DNA from: Octopus bimaculoides
Taxonomy: Eukaryota
Length of the DNA: 37,929 nt
Assembly (NCBI RefSeq): GCF_001194135.2
Contig: NC_068984.1
Coordinates: forward strand, 125,891,737 to 125,929,665
Direction of reading: 5' to 3'
Shown in pieces: positions 1 through 11,800 of this stretch (the first letter of the stretch is position 1; each line of letters begins with the position of its first letter). Under the pieces are notes generated by a model, which worked only from the letters and a program-made list of their open reading frames with translations, searched no databases and was not told the DNA's origin. Position numbers and translations under genes: made by a program.

Positions 1-57
<57 letters not shown>

Positions 58-371
58 GGGAAGCCACTTAATATAATCGCGAATTTTGTTATTCACTAAT
101 TAATGTTACTACACAACTTGTAGGCCCCTATATTCGCTTATTGTCATCAGCAGGTTATTGTTATAGAAAAGTTTTCGTCTCAGAGGGACCACAATGGCTT
201 CCACGGTATATATAAGCTTGTAGGATGCATGAAATGCAAAAACAAATTTGTACACCGACGAGATTTGAACTTAGAGCGTAAAACATCAGAAAATTCCTAG
301 ACATTTGGTCTGACGTTCTTATGAATCTACCAATCTCCTACCGACTTATAATAACAATCCATTCTACTGAA

Positions 372-1818
372 GGCACAGGGCCTTGAAATTTTGGAGGAGG
401 GGACTAGTCGATTACATCGACTCCAGTGTTTCACTGGTACTTAATTTATCGACCCCGAAAGCACGAAGACAAAGTCAACCTCAGCGGAAATGTCGCTATG
501 CATTTTGCCGGCATGCTAATGATTCTGTCTGCTCGTCGTCTTCTTTTCAAATTTTGGCAAAATTTCGGGGGAGGAGTAAGTCGCTCATATGGGCTCCAGT
601 ACTCAACTGGTACATATATTATTGACCCCTAAAGAATGAAAGGCAAAGTCGACCTCGGCCGAATTTGGACGCAGAACGTAAGATCGAACGAAATGCCGCT
701 AAGCATTTTGTCCAGCGTGCTAACGATTCTGCCAGATCGCTGGAAGAAATGACGCTAAGAATTTTATAAGGATTTTTTAAAGTGATAATAATTCTGTCTG
801 ACATACCAACGATTTCGTCAGCTCGCCACCTTCCGAATAATAATGATGATAATTGTTTCCGCTTTAGGTACAAAGCCAGCAGTTTTAAAGAAAAGGGATT
901 TATCGGTGACATCGAAATTAGTTTTACACTGGCATTTCATTTTGTCGACCACGGACTGGTTAATTAAAGGCATACGTTAACTTGACAGGGGTTTGAGCTC
1001 AGAACCGTAACGAAATATGCAAGGCTATTTATAGGAAAAGATCAACCGCATAAGATGATTTGGGTCATCCTATACACAACCTGGGTCACCCTGACACAGA
1101 AAGCCATTCTCCGTTCTCGCCAACTTTAGAAGTTGAAATAATAATTATGGTTTTAACAAATTTGTAGCGCTTCAGGCATGCCTGAGTGATTAAGATGTTC
1201 GCTTCGCAGTCAAGTCTTGAGACCGTAGGTTCGACCCCACCACGTGGTATCTTGAGTGAGTGCCTTTACCATAACCGAGGTCGACCCGAGGCTTGTGAGT
1301 GAAATTTCCCTTAGCGTGAACCCTGAAGATGCACGTCTGATGGACTGTATCTGTTATTCAAAAGTCCATCTTTCTCACACACTGAGTCGCACTGATTCTT
1401 CCCGAGGATGACATTATGGGTAAACGTGTCTACGGAATACTCAGCCACTTGATGCGTTAATTCAATGCGTGTGCCATTCAGTTGGTCGGTTAGCTTTTTT
1501 GATGTACATACATCGAAATCAATAAGAGAGCCTAGTCGAATACAGTCCATAATGCGGTAAGCATGGAAAAACTAATAAGAAAAGCTTATGTAATGAAGGA
1601 AAAAAAACATTATCTCAATGATGTCTCATTTTTTTGGCATAAAGCCAGAATTTTGAGGAGAGGGTGCAAGTCGGTTACATTGACCAGTGCTCAACTGATA
1701 TATATTTTATCGACCCCGAGAGACTGAAAAGCAGAGTTGACCTCGTCGGAATTTGAACTCAGAACGTAACGAATTGGAAGAAATGTTGCTAATCACTTTT
1801 TCCCTCCAGCACTTTAAC
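372..1818 (-). mobile_element. Four degenerate copies of a short tRNA-like SINE (family B), all on the minus strand: ~372-535, ~546-742, ~856-1024, ~1631-1818
   Basis: Shared blocks gacccc...aaaggcaaagtcgacctc...gaatttgaactcagaacg...gcattttg...gctaacgattctgcc. These are the reverse complement of the family-B copies at 13259-13785. Boundaries are approximate. Confidence 0.75.
1174..1310 (+). mobile_element. Degraded tRNA-headed SINE 5' part (family A)
   Basis: B-box-like GGTTCGACCCC followed by ...gcttgtgagtgaaattt, matching the family-A body. Confidence 0.55.
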
Positions 1819-2772
1819 AAGGATTAGTATTATTCTGTGATGTAACCCGAGGCAGCCCTTGAGTCTGTCACGCTTTCTTTGCCAATATAGCTTATATGGG
1901 CTTATGCAGCAGGCCCAAAAGTGTCGCCCGGGACGGACCGCATTCATGCCATCCCACCTTAGCTACGCTACTGATATTATTTTACTCATTTCGACAAGTA
2001 CGGGAGGCAACTCTAGATCGACATGTTTCGCTCTTATTAGACATCGTCAGCCAAGCATATACTACATACCGTTGAAGTGAAGTAACTTTCTTCATCCTTT
2101 TATTGAACGCATCCCTTAACCCCCTAGTATTCATACTACTCAATCAATTGTAATGCTTATTTATTCACATTCTCGAAGGGCTGATCGTCTATTTTTAGAA
2201 TGACATTGCAGAGTAGGTGTGAAAAACCTTAAACACAAACCACAACGTCCTTAAACAGTTCGTGTAATGCAAGGGCCTTAAGAAATTACAATTTGATAAT
2301 ACACCACTCACAATAATTTTTTTAAAAAGTGTCTGTGAGAAAGAGAGGGATAGAGAAGCAGACAGACAGACACATAGACAGTCAGAGACAGAGAGAAAGT
2401 GGGTAGCACAGCATTAGCCCTGGAAACGAACCACTATTATCGTCTGAAAAATTGATTGATTCGATTTTGTTCTTTAATATATTTTTTTAAAGTTGCAGGC
2501 TTCTGTATAGCGATAGTACTGTTTATTCTTCTGTAGTATTGCGTAATAGTGGTGATGGTCATAGTTTTGCTACCAGTGCAGTTGTTTAGTAATGGCGATG
2601 ATTGAGATGGTCTTGTCAATAATAATAATAAGAAGAAGAATGGTGGTGAGGGGGGGGGTTAATGGCGATGGTAGTGGTGGCGGCGGCGGCGATGGCTGTG
2701 TTAGCAATGGTGATATAAGCCGAGTGGTGGTAGTGGTGGTGGTGGTGGTGGTGGCGACGGTGGTAAGCCTTC

Positions 2773-2805
2773 TGAGTCACTGTTCAACATGTGACTTGGC
2801 ACGAG
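2773..2805. promoter_or_regulatory. Motif cluster: AP-1 TGAGTCA (2773-2779), E-box CATGTG (2788-2793), N-box CACGAG (2800-2805)
   Basis: Exact motif matches in a short unique island between microsatellites. Function is untested. Confidence 0.3.
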
Positions 2806-3020
2806 TAAAGGACAGTCGCCTTCCTATGTATTGCGTATGTATTTGCGTGCGTGTATGTGTGTGTGTGTGTTTGAATGTGTTTGTTGTGTGTGTGTGTGTG
2901 TGTGTGCGTAACTAACTGATAAACGTGATGTTGGTGTAAGTCCAAACGGAAAACATGCCAAAATAATTAATCACAAACACGAACCACGCTATACACACAT
3001 ACACACACACGCACATATAC

Positions 3021-3071
<51 letters not shown>

Positions 3072-3197
3072 ACAAGCACGCATAGACACACGCTTGCACA
3101 CACATTCACACACACAAGCACACATATACACACGAACGCTCAAACGAACATTCTTTAACCCATTATGAAAGGGGATCAGACCATAGATTTAGTTCAG

Positions 3198-3207
3198 GTT
3201 ACATAAT
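3198..3207. promoter_or_regulatory. D-box / PAR-bZIP (VRI/PDP1-type) site GTTACATAAT
   Basis: 10/10 match to RTTACRTAAY in a ~70-bp unique island. It could arise by chance in AT-rich DNA. Confidence 0.3.
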
Positions 3208-3243
3208 ACATGTGTGTGTGTATATGTATACACGCACGCGCTC

Positions 3244-3275
<32 letters not shown>

Positions 3276-3292
3276 ATACATATATAAACACA

Positions 3293-3341
<49 letters not shown>

Positions 3342-3591
3342 TCATACATAAACGCACAATACTTATATGTGTATGTGTGATGTGAGATAGACTGATCAAT
3401 AGATAGATAGAGAGGGAGAGAGAGAGAGAGAGAGAGAGACCTATATATGTATGAATATACACATACATCATATATATTTACACACACACACATACATACA
3501 CAGGTACACATACATACACACAAGCATATATATATATATATATATATACATATACACACACACATATATACATATACACACTCACACAACC

Positions 3592-3650
<59 letters not shown>

Positions 3651-3783
3651 TACTTATATAAATATACTTGTACATATACAAATGCTGGAGTGCGTGTGTG
3701 TGTGTGTGTGTGTGTGGCTGTGTGTGCATGCGTGCGTGTTTAGGTGTTCGTGTAGAATCTTCTGTATGTGGGTGAGTATTAAG

Positions 3784-3814
3784 TCACGTCTGACATCACA
3801 TGTGGTGACACGTG
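3784..3814. promoter_or_regulatory. E-box cluster: TCACGTC, CACATG (3797-3802), canonical CACGTG (3809-3814)
   Basis: Three E-box-like hexamers lie within 31 bp, directly followed by a CT-rich tract. cwo is an E-box-controlled clock gene in Drosophila. Confidence 0.4.
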
Positions 3815-4949
3815 AGGGCTGCTGCTGTTGAGTAATGCACTCCCTTGCTTTTTACTCTCTCTCTCTCTTACTCTTTCCTCACTTACCCGTCAGTCACTGC
3901 TTTTCGTTTCTTCCTATTCTATTATCTCTCTCTTTCTCTCTCTCTTCCGTTTCTCACTCCCCCCTCTCTCTCTCTCTGTCTCTCTCTCTCTCAAGCACTT
4001 CGTTTGTGTGTGTGCATGTCTGTATGTTTGCGTGTGTCTGTGTTTGCGTGTTTTCTATTGCACTCAAAGTCGCTTTCAACTGTAATATGTATGTGTGTGT
4101 GAGGGTGTTAGCGATAAGGCTTACAACCACTATCAGCATCACCACCACCATAGCCATCATCATCTTCATCATGATCATTTCTATCATCACGTTTATTTCT
4201 GGAATATGCGCTCAACACATATATTACAATCGTAGAAAGCAAATAACTCACACGCATACACACACACACACATTTACAGACAGCCATAGACACTCACTCA
4301 CATACAGACACACACAGGTACATACATACACACGTACACATTATTGATGTCAGACTTTACACGTGTTGATTCACACTTTTTCAGATTTTGTCATGTGTGT
4401 GTGTGCATCAAAGCGCGAATATGTGTATATGTGTGTACTATAGTATGCGTATGTGTACGTACACATCTAAATACATACAACCATACACATACATTTACAC
4501 ATATTTATATTTATTATATTATATTATATTGTTTTGTAATACAAACAAGTGGATTTTAATGAAAANNNNNNNNNNNNNNNNNNNNNNNNNNNNNNNNNNN
4601 NNNNNNNNNNNNNNNNNNNNNNNNNNNNNNNNNNNNNNNNNNNNNNNNNNNNNNNNNNNNNNNNNNNNNNNNNNNNNNNNNNNNNNNNNNNNNNNNNNNN
4701 NNNNNNNNNNNNNNNNNNNNNNNNNNNNNNNNNNNNNNNNNNNNNNNNNNNNNNNNNNNNNNNNNNNNNNNNNNNNNNNNNNNNNNNNNNNNNNNNNNNN
4801 NNNNNNNNNNNNNNNNNNNNNNNNNNNNNNNNNNNNNNNNNNNNNNNNNNNNNNNNNNNNNNNNNNNNNNNNNNNNNNNNNNNNNNNNNNNNNNNNNNNN
4901 NNNNNNNNNNNNNNNNNNNNNNNNNNNNNNNNNNNNNNNNNNNNNNNNN

Positions 4950-4997
<48 letters not shown>

Positions 4998-5011
4998 GAA
5001 AATTCTAAACT

Positions 5012-5248
5012 AAGGCAGAACTAGTATCTCAATTCATTTAGAATAATTTAAATAGGGTAAGGTGAATTTGAAGTCTTACAGCCGTTTCTGGGATTACCCA
5101 AGTGGTAGGTTAACATCTCCGTACACTGAGTATTCTGTCGTCAGTGCAAATCTACCACTTGGGTTATTCCAGAAATAGCTGTAAGACTTCAAATTCACAT
5201 TACTTTAATTAAATTATTCTCAATGACTTGAGATACTTGTTCTGCCTT
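5012..5248. repeat. Long inverted repeat (~98-bp arms, 40-bp spacer), foldback/MITE-like
   Basis: 5012-5110 vs reverse complement of 5151-5248 has about 11 mismatches and no indels by manual alignment. Confidence 0.9.
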
Positions 5249-5432
5249 GATTTTAATTTTTCCTCTAATATATGTACCTGTTATAACGGAACCCTAACAC
5301 GGATCCCTAGATCCAGCCTTAGCTGTGATCTTGGAATCTAACGGTAGACCATTAATAGCACTTACCCAGCGTACCTATTCGTTTAAATCACAAGTAAACT
5401 AAACCCCTTATATTCTATGTAGTATCATTTAC

Positions 5433-5795
5433 CTATTTCAGTCATTTGACTGCGGCCAGTACTTATTTTTTTCTTAAAGTTCTGGTACTTATTGTATCAG
5501 TGTCTTTTGCCACAACACTTGGTTACAGTGTTAAGTGATTAGGGGACAAACAGACACACGCACACACTCACAGAGAGAGAGAGAGAGAGAGACAAGTAGG
5601 TAGGTAGGTAGGTAAGTAGAGATAGGCAGGTAGATAGATAGATATTCAATGGGTTTCCACCTAGTTTATGTCTACCAAATTCACTCACAAAGCATTGATC
5701 AGCCTGAAATCAAAGTTAAAGACACTTGCCCAAAGTCCTGAACCTGAAACCACACGCTAACAAAGAGAACTTTGTAACCACACAGCCATGCATGC
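5433..5795 (-). mobile_element. SINE family A copy with internal (GA)n/(GATA)n microsatellite
   Basis: Reverse complement of the 31106 and 32925 copies (cagtcatttgactgcggcc...tctaccaaattcactcacaaag...gacacttgcccaaag...accacacagcc). Confidence 0.8.
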
Positions 5796-6986
5796 ACTTA
5801 TATGTTAGCAAGGTTTGTATGTGTGTGTGTGTGTGTTTGTGTGCGTGTGTGTGTGTGTTTTGGAACATACATATGAGTATTAGAATTGCTAAGTGATAAA
5901 GAAAAAGAGAGATGGAGAAGGAAAGAGACAGATATATACATACATTACACAGACAGACAGACATTTAAGATAATATAACATGACTCTATTTTTTCTTTTT
6001 TTTCCACACATTTAATACCATTATTAAAAAAATTCTGTTGCGATTCTGTGCAAATTCTGTATTGTCAGTTAATAAGCTACTTAAAATATTATTTGTTTAA
6101 TTACTTCAAACTATTATTTTTGGTATTTATATGACATGTGACTTTTGTTTTCCTCTGTTTTTCCTAAACAAAATTGTGACTTTTTAGTGTTTATTATAAT
6201 CATTTTTTTTTTTATTTCCCTGTGTTCTTAATTCCGTCCATGCTGTTGTCTTGAACATGGCATAAAGAAACTAACTTCAGGCTATCTCTATACATGATAA
6301 AACTAAAACTTCCTTTAATCTTTGTTTATTCAACTTCCAAAACAAACAAAAAGAAAATGCAACCACCTTTCAGAAAAAGATTTATATTGTTTGGTGAGCA
6401 TGAGGCACTCACTAAGCACACCCTGAACATATATATATATATATATGGGGGATAGATACATATATATGGCGTAAGAGAGTGAGAGAGATGGGGGGCTGAA
6501 CTTTGGCTAGTATCAGAAAATGTTCAAAATTCAAAAGTTTGTGTGAAACACTACATATGCAAAATCTTATGAGACGCTGGGAAAATTCCTGAGTAATATG
6601 CTGCTGTTACAGACCATGAATTGGACCTTTAGCCATTAGGAGTAGCCTCATGTACTCTTGTTTAGGCTTTCTCAATCAAATTACATTGCCAATGGGTTAT
6701 TGTTAACTGCCATTATAGCAACTCCATGGTGCATGCTTTATGCATAAGAAAAAGCTAAAGTGCTTGTGTTTATCAATTCCACATTCAGTTCTCACCACTG
6801 ATGTCCTGATCCTTTTTTTTTTTTTTAGTTAAATAGTCTCTAATGTCTGCCAAAACCTGCAAATTTTACTTGCAGTTACTTTGACTCAATCACTGGGAAT
6901 CACCATGTAATTCTATTAGCATATATATAACTCTATTAGTGTGTATATATATTTATATATATATTAGAATGTGTATACATACATAT

Positions 6987-7031
<45 letters not shown>

Positions 7032-7465
7032 TTGTTGCTTCATTGCAACTTGTTGGAATGTTGATGTTCTCTGCAAGCTGCTCTGTAATTTGTTCCAAAA
7101 ATGATATGCGTCAAAACAAAAATAGCTACAGAGGTACGTTATGATTTTGTTTCGAAACAACAATAAGACTAAATGCACGAGGAAAAACTATATATATANN
7201 NNNNNNNNNNNNNNNNNNNNNNNNNNNNNNNNNNNNNNNNNNNNNNNNNNNNNNNNNNNNNNNNNNNNNNNNNNNNNNNNNNNNNNNNNNNNNNNNNNNN
7301 NNNNNNNNNNNNNNNNNNNNNNNNNNNNNNNNNNNNNNNNNNNNNNNNNNNNNNNNNNNNNNNNNNNNNNNNNNNNNNNNNNNNNNNNNNNNNNNNNNNN
7401 NNNNNNNNNNNNNNNNNNNNNNNNNNNNNNNNNNNNNNNNNNNNNNNNNNNNNNNNNNNNNNNNN

Positions 7466-7500
<35 letters not shown>

Positions 7501-7605
7501 TATATATAATTAATCCAAACATGAACAAGCAAGAAAAAACAACGGGAGGATGTGGAATAAGTACAGTGTTATTGGATGCTCAGGAAAAGAAAGAAAAGAC
7601 AGAGG

Positions 7606-7641
7606 ATTTAACGTTTCGAGCGGAGCTCTTCATCAGTAATA
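7606..7641 (-). ncRNA. Minimal hammerhead-ribozyme-like motif (Penelope-type) inside a ~170-bp repeat (7520-7695)
   Basis: The minus strand reads CUGAUGA-A-GAGC-UCC-GCUC-GAAA-CGUU. Core boxes, a 4-bp stem II and a loopless palindromic stem III (AACGUU) are present. Stem I is weak. Confidence 0.55.
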
Positions 7642-8608
7642 TAGAAGGGAAGACGGAAAAAAAAAATCCCCAACGATACACACGCGGTCACATAACAGAC
7701 ATACACATACATATACAGAGAGAGACAGACAGACAGATAGATAGATATATATCTAATTATATATTATGTGTGTGTGTGTATTAATCTGGAGGCTCACATT
7801 CTTGTATGATTTTGTATACCTTAATCTCTTCATATTGCTCAATTTCATTTTTCTTCAATGTAAATATGTATTTCTTATTCATATCTGTCAAGACGTTAGT
7901 TTCGTAGATTTAAGGGTTACAAAAAAACCAGCAAGTATACTAACTCCCATAATTTTTTTTTATTCTGTTTAGGTGTAGGTAATTGTCTGAATACACTTGT
8001 GTGTGTATGTGTACATGTGTGTGTGTATACATGTTTACATAATTAAATACATAAATATTTGTATGTGTGTGTGTGTGTACCATCATTAGTTCATCATTAA
8101 TATCATTAATCTATGTCTGTTTTTCATATTGGTATGGGTTACATGTCTAAGCCACAGTTCTTATAGATACAGGAGGAGACTGTGCTTTGCTTATTCATTT
8201 TGTTTTGGGCTTGATTTTTACATCTATCTCCAACCTCTTCACAGAATGTACTGGTGCATTTTATCATGGTGCCTGAACTGGGACACATATGTCCTTACAG
8301 GATAGACCTATAAGAGTGTGTGTGTGTGTGAACGCACGTGCGTGCACATAATCATGCATGCAGATACGCATGCACACATATGCGTGTACACTCACACACA
8401 CATATATCTAGAAAAGATAATTACTAATCCATACACATACAAGTGTTAAGGAAATACAAGATGTAACTGCATTAGGAATGAATAAGAAGATTTATTAATA
8501 TTTATACACTTAGCTTATTTTTGATATATATGATTTTCAGATACATAAGATTTGAGGGACATGGAGCAATATCATAAACTGCATTGTTTCAATAGATAGA
8601 TAGATACA

Positions 8609-8659
<51 letters not shown>

Positions 8660-9616
8660 TCATTTTTCCTTGCTAGAATGTGATGCATTAATATTAAGGC
8701 ATTGTTTTACAGTTGATAGTGACCCTTGCTTGTTTTTCAAGTGAGAGATTTTTTTTATTCCACACAGAATAGGAAGCCTGAAGCAAACAGGCAAGTTACT
8801 GACAGGAGAAGTACCACCACCACCAACAACAACAACACTAATAAAACACACCCAGTACATTTTGTCGAAAAGTTGGTCATGGGCAGAGCATTCAGTTGTA
8901 GAAGCCAGGCCACAAACGTAAATGCATGAGCAAGACATAGTTATCTAATCCATCTGTGAGGACAGTCGCTCCCAATGAGAATTGGCACATAGCATGATAA
9001 TTCATGTAACTCATACCAGCTTGAGAAGCTCAAATGACCTTCAAATGAGCAAGTGTAGATGTAAACAAACACAGACACACACATGCACACACACACACAC
9101 ACACATAAAAATATATTTATACATATGTGTAATATATATTCTATATATATATATATATATGCTTGTGCGTAGGTAAATAGAGAAGTTAAACAGGCAGACG
9201 TATATTAAATGTTATGGTGGTGGTGCATATACAAAAATATCTGACATGTATATGTGTGTTACTGTTTGTGTCTATATATTGGCATGTGTGTAAGTAAGTG
9301 TGTGTGTTTGTTTGTGTGTGAGTATACATGTGTATGCGTTTTCTCTTCTATTTTTAATTATTTGAAATCTTCCTGTAAAGAAAGAACTTGTTTCTAACAA
9401 AAATATAAACCTCCATCATAGAAATCTAGATAACAAAAACACTGTCACATTTCAAACTTGGGAAAAGTCTTGCATATATTTACTGTTCCATTTGAAGATT
9501 GTATTTGTAATATACATGTTAGCTGGTTAATTCCTTTTTCTGAAAACCCTAGCTTAACCAGAAACAACTAATATCTTGTGAGTGAATTTGGTGGATGGAA
9601 ATTGAAAGAAGCCTGT

Positions 9617-9678
<62 letters not shown>

Positions 9679-9736
9679 AAATAAAGTATACATATCTAAA
9701 TATATATATCTTTATATGTGTGTGTGTGTGTGTGTC

Positions 9737-9925
9737 TACAAGCATGTGTGTTTGTCCCTCACCACTGCTTGCCAACCAGTGCTGGTTTGTTTACATTCCC
9801 ATAACTTACCAGCTTGGCAAAAGAGGCCAGCAGAATAAGTGCCAGACTTAGGAAATAAATATGGTGTCGATGTATTCGACTACAATCCTTCAAGTTAGTT
9901 CTTCAGCATAGCTACAGTCTACACT
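9737..9925 (+). mobile_element. SINE family A, 3' half
   Basis: tttgtccc...gctggtttgtttac...ataactta...ggcaaaagag...agaataagt matches the 3' half of the 31106 copy. Confidence 0.7.
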
Positions 9926-10501
9926 TATAGATACACTTATAAACCAGGTGTTTACCTCATGAAGAACTTCTACACATAGTGGCCATTTAAGAATTGAAAG
10001 AGAGAAGCTCCCTTATGAAGCCATTGGTCCCATAAAAAGTAAATCCACGAGTCACCCGTACAGTATATATATTAAAAACATTAAAGAATAGAGTTAGTGA
10101 TTTTACTTTTAATACATTGCTTACAAATGTTTCATCAATTCACATTTTAACCAATCTTGCATCATGTTCATTTACATGTCAGCAATTATTGATTCAGTCT
10201 TATGCATGGTGTAAATGTTTTTTTGCAGTGCAAGATCAATAATTGCTGACAAGCTAATAAATATGACAAAAGATTGGTTAAAATGCACGTTGATGAAACA
10301 ATTGTAAACGGTATAATAAAAGTGATATTGTTAACTCCATTCTTTAATGCTTTTATTACGTATACATATATATATATGTATATGCTCACACACACATATC
10401 ATTATTGTCATCATATCATCCTGTGTCCCTGTCCCCTGTCTATTCAGAAACCAACCTCCAATGTATTTACTTATTTTTCTAGATATTCCTTCAGTGAAAG
10501 A

Positions 10502-10527
10502 ATGGTCCGAAAACACAAATGTTCCAG
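10502..10527 (+). CDS. cwo: Candidate first coding segment MVRKHKCS(S), inside a candidate exon 10483-10527
   Basis: Acceptor ttatttttctAG (10481-10482), donor CAG|GTGAGC (10528) and ATG in strong context agaATGg. It ends in phase 2, as the 13982 exon requires. There is no homology support I can verify. Confidence 0.5.
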
Positions 10528-11024
10528 GTGAGCTAAACTATTATCACTTGGCAATACGTGGGTGTTTGTCTGCCTTTAAGTGCGTGTGTGTGTATATATG
10601 TGCACACCTAGTCACCAAACTAGCTGTAGTTGCCTGCTAGAAGTTCAAATGATGGGCAGTGTATTTCTTTCTTTTTTTTTTTTTTTTTTTGCTATCTTTG
10701 ACCATGTATCAATCTACCATATACCCACAGACACACATGCACACTGACACAAATGCATACACACACATATGTGTGTGAATATATATATATGTACCAGAGT
10801 AAGCACAGAAATACGAAACAACATGGGAAAAATAGTACTCGAATACCAGAGGTAGAGTAATATGCTTTATTAAAAAGCAGCAAAAATATCACAAAAACTA
10901 TCATTCAGAGTTTCACGTTCCCATTCGTTGGACAGTTCTGTTTCTAAACAAAAACTGTCCGACAAATGGGAACGTGAAACTCTGAGTAACAGTTTTTTTA
11001 ATATTTTTGCAGCTTTTTAATAAA

Positions 11025-11067
<43 letters not shown>

Positions 11068-11440
11068 TTTGTATGTATATGTATACATACATATGTATGT
11101 ATACTTGCATATATATATATATATACATATATATATACATATTTATTTATATATGTATATATATGCATACATATGTTTATGTATACACACATGTGTTTCT
11201 GGTATACACACACACACATACACACACATATACACATAAACACGATTCACATACACAGGCACATGCACACATGTCAGCTGTTGCATGTATGTGTGCATGT
11301 GTGTATTTGTGTGTCTGTGTTTGTATGTTAGCATTGACATGCGCTTCTCAGTGTGATCATATCAGTTTAATATTTGATTTATTAAAACTGTTGACTAGGC
11401 TTGAAATATTTGTATGACATAACTCACAGCCATCTATGTA

Positions 11441-11491
<51 letters not shown>

Positions 11492-11755
11492 TTATAAAAG
11501 TTCATTATACTCAGTTGTGTATACATGTGATCTAGAAGCATTATTTTATATACATATATATGTATAGATATAGATACAGGTGTATATACATATGTACATG
11601 TAAATGTATTGCTATGTGTCTAATTATTATATATTCATATATATATATGTATGTATGCATTTTGTTTCTGTATTTGTTTTGCAAGGTCCTTGATATGAAA
11701 TCCATGTGTTGAAATTGATAGTGTCGCATTATAGAAGGGTTGTACTACCGATAAT

Positions 11756-11800
<45 letters not shown>

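Noticed and set aside
131-150. Second hammerhead-like string on the minus strand (CTGATGACAATAAGCGAATA)
   Set aside because: Stem II cannot pair and GAAA is mutated. At most it is a dead relic.
1251-1256. CACGTG hexamers at 1251, 8335 and 35080
   Set aside because: They are isolated and lie within a SINE, a (CA/TG) repeat or a TE-like segment, which is consistent with chance.
2437-4559. Many 60-170 aa ORFs rich in IY/CV/HT/SL dipeptides or poly-V/G (also throughout 9554-11729, 18672-20725, 29753-30156)
   Set aside because: They are translations of (TA)n, (CA)n, (GA)n and (GGT)n microsatellites with no domain content.
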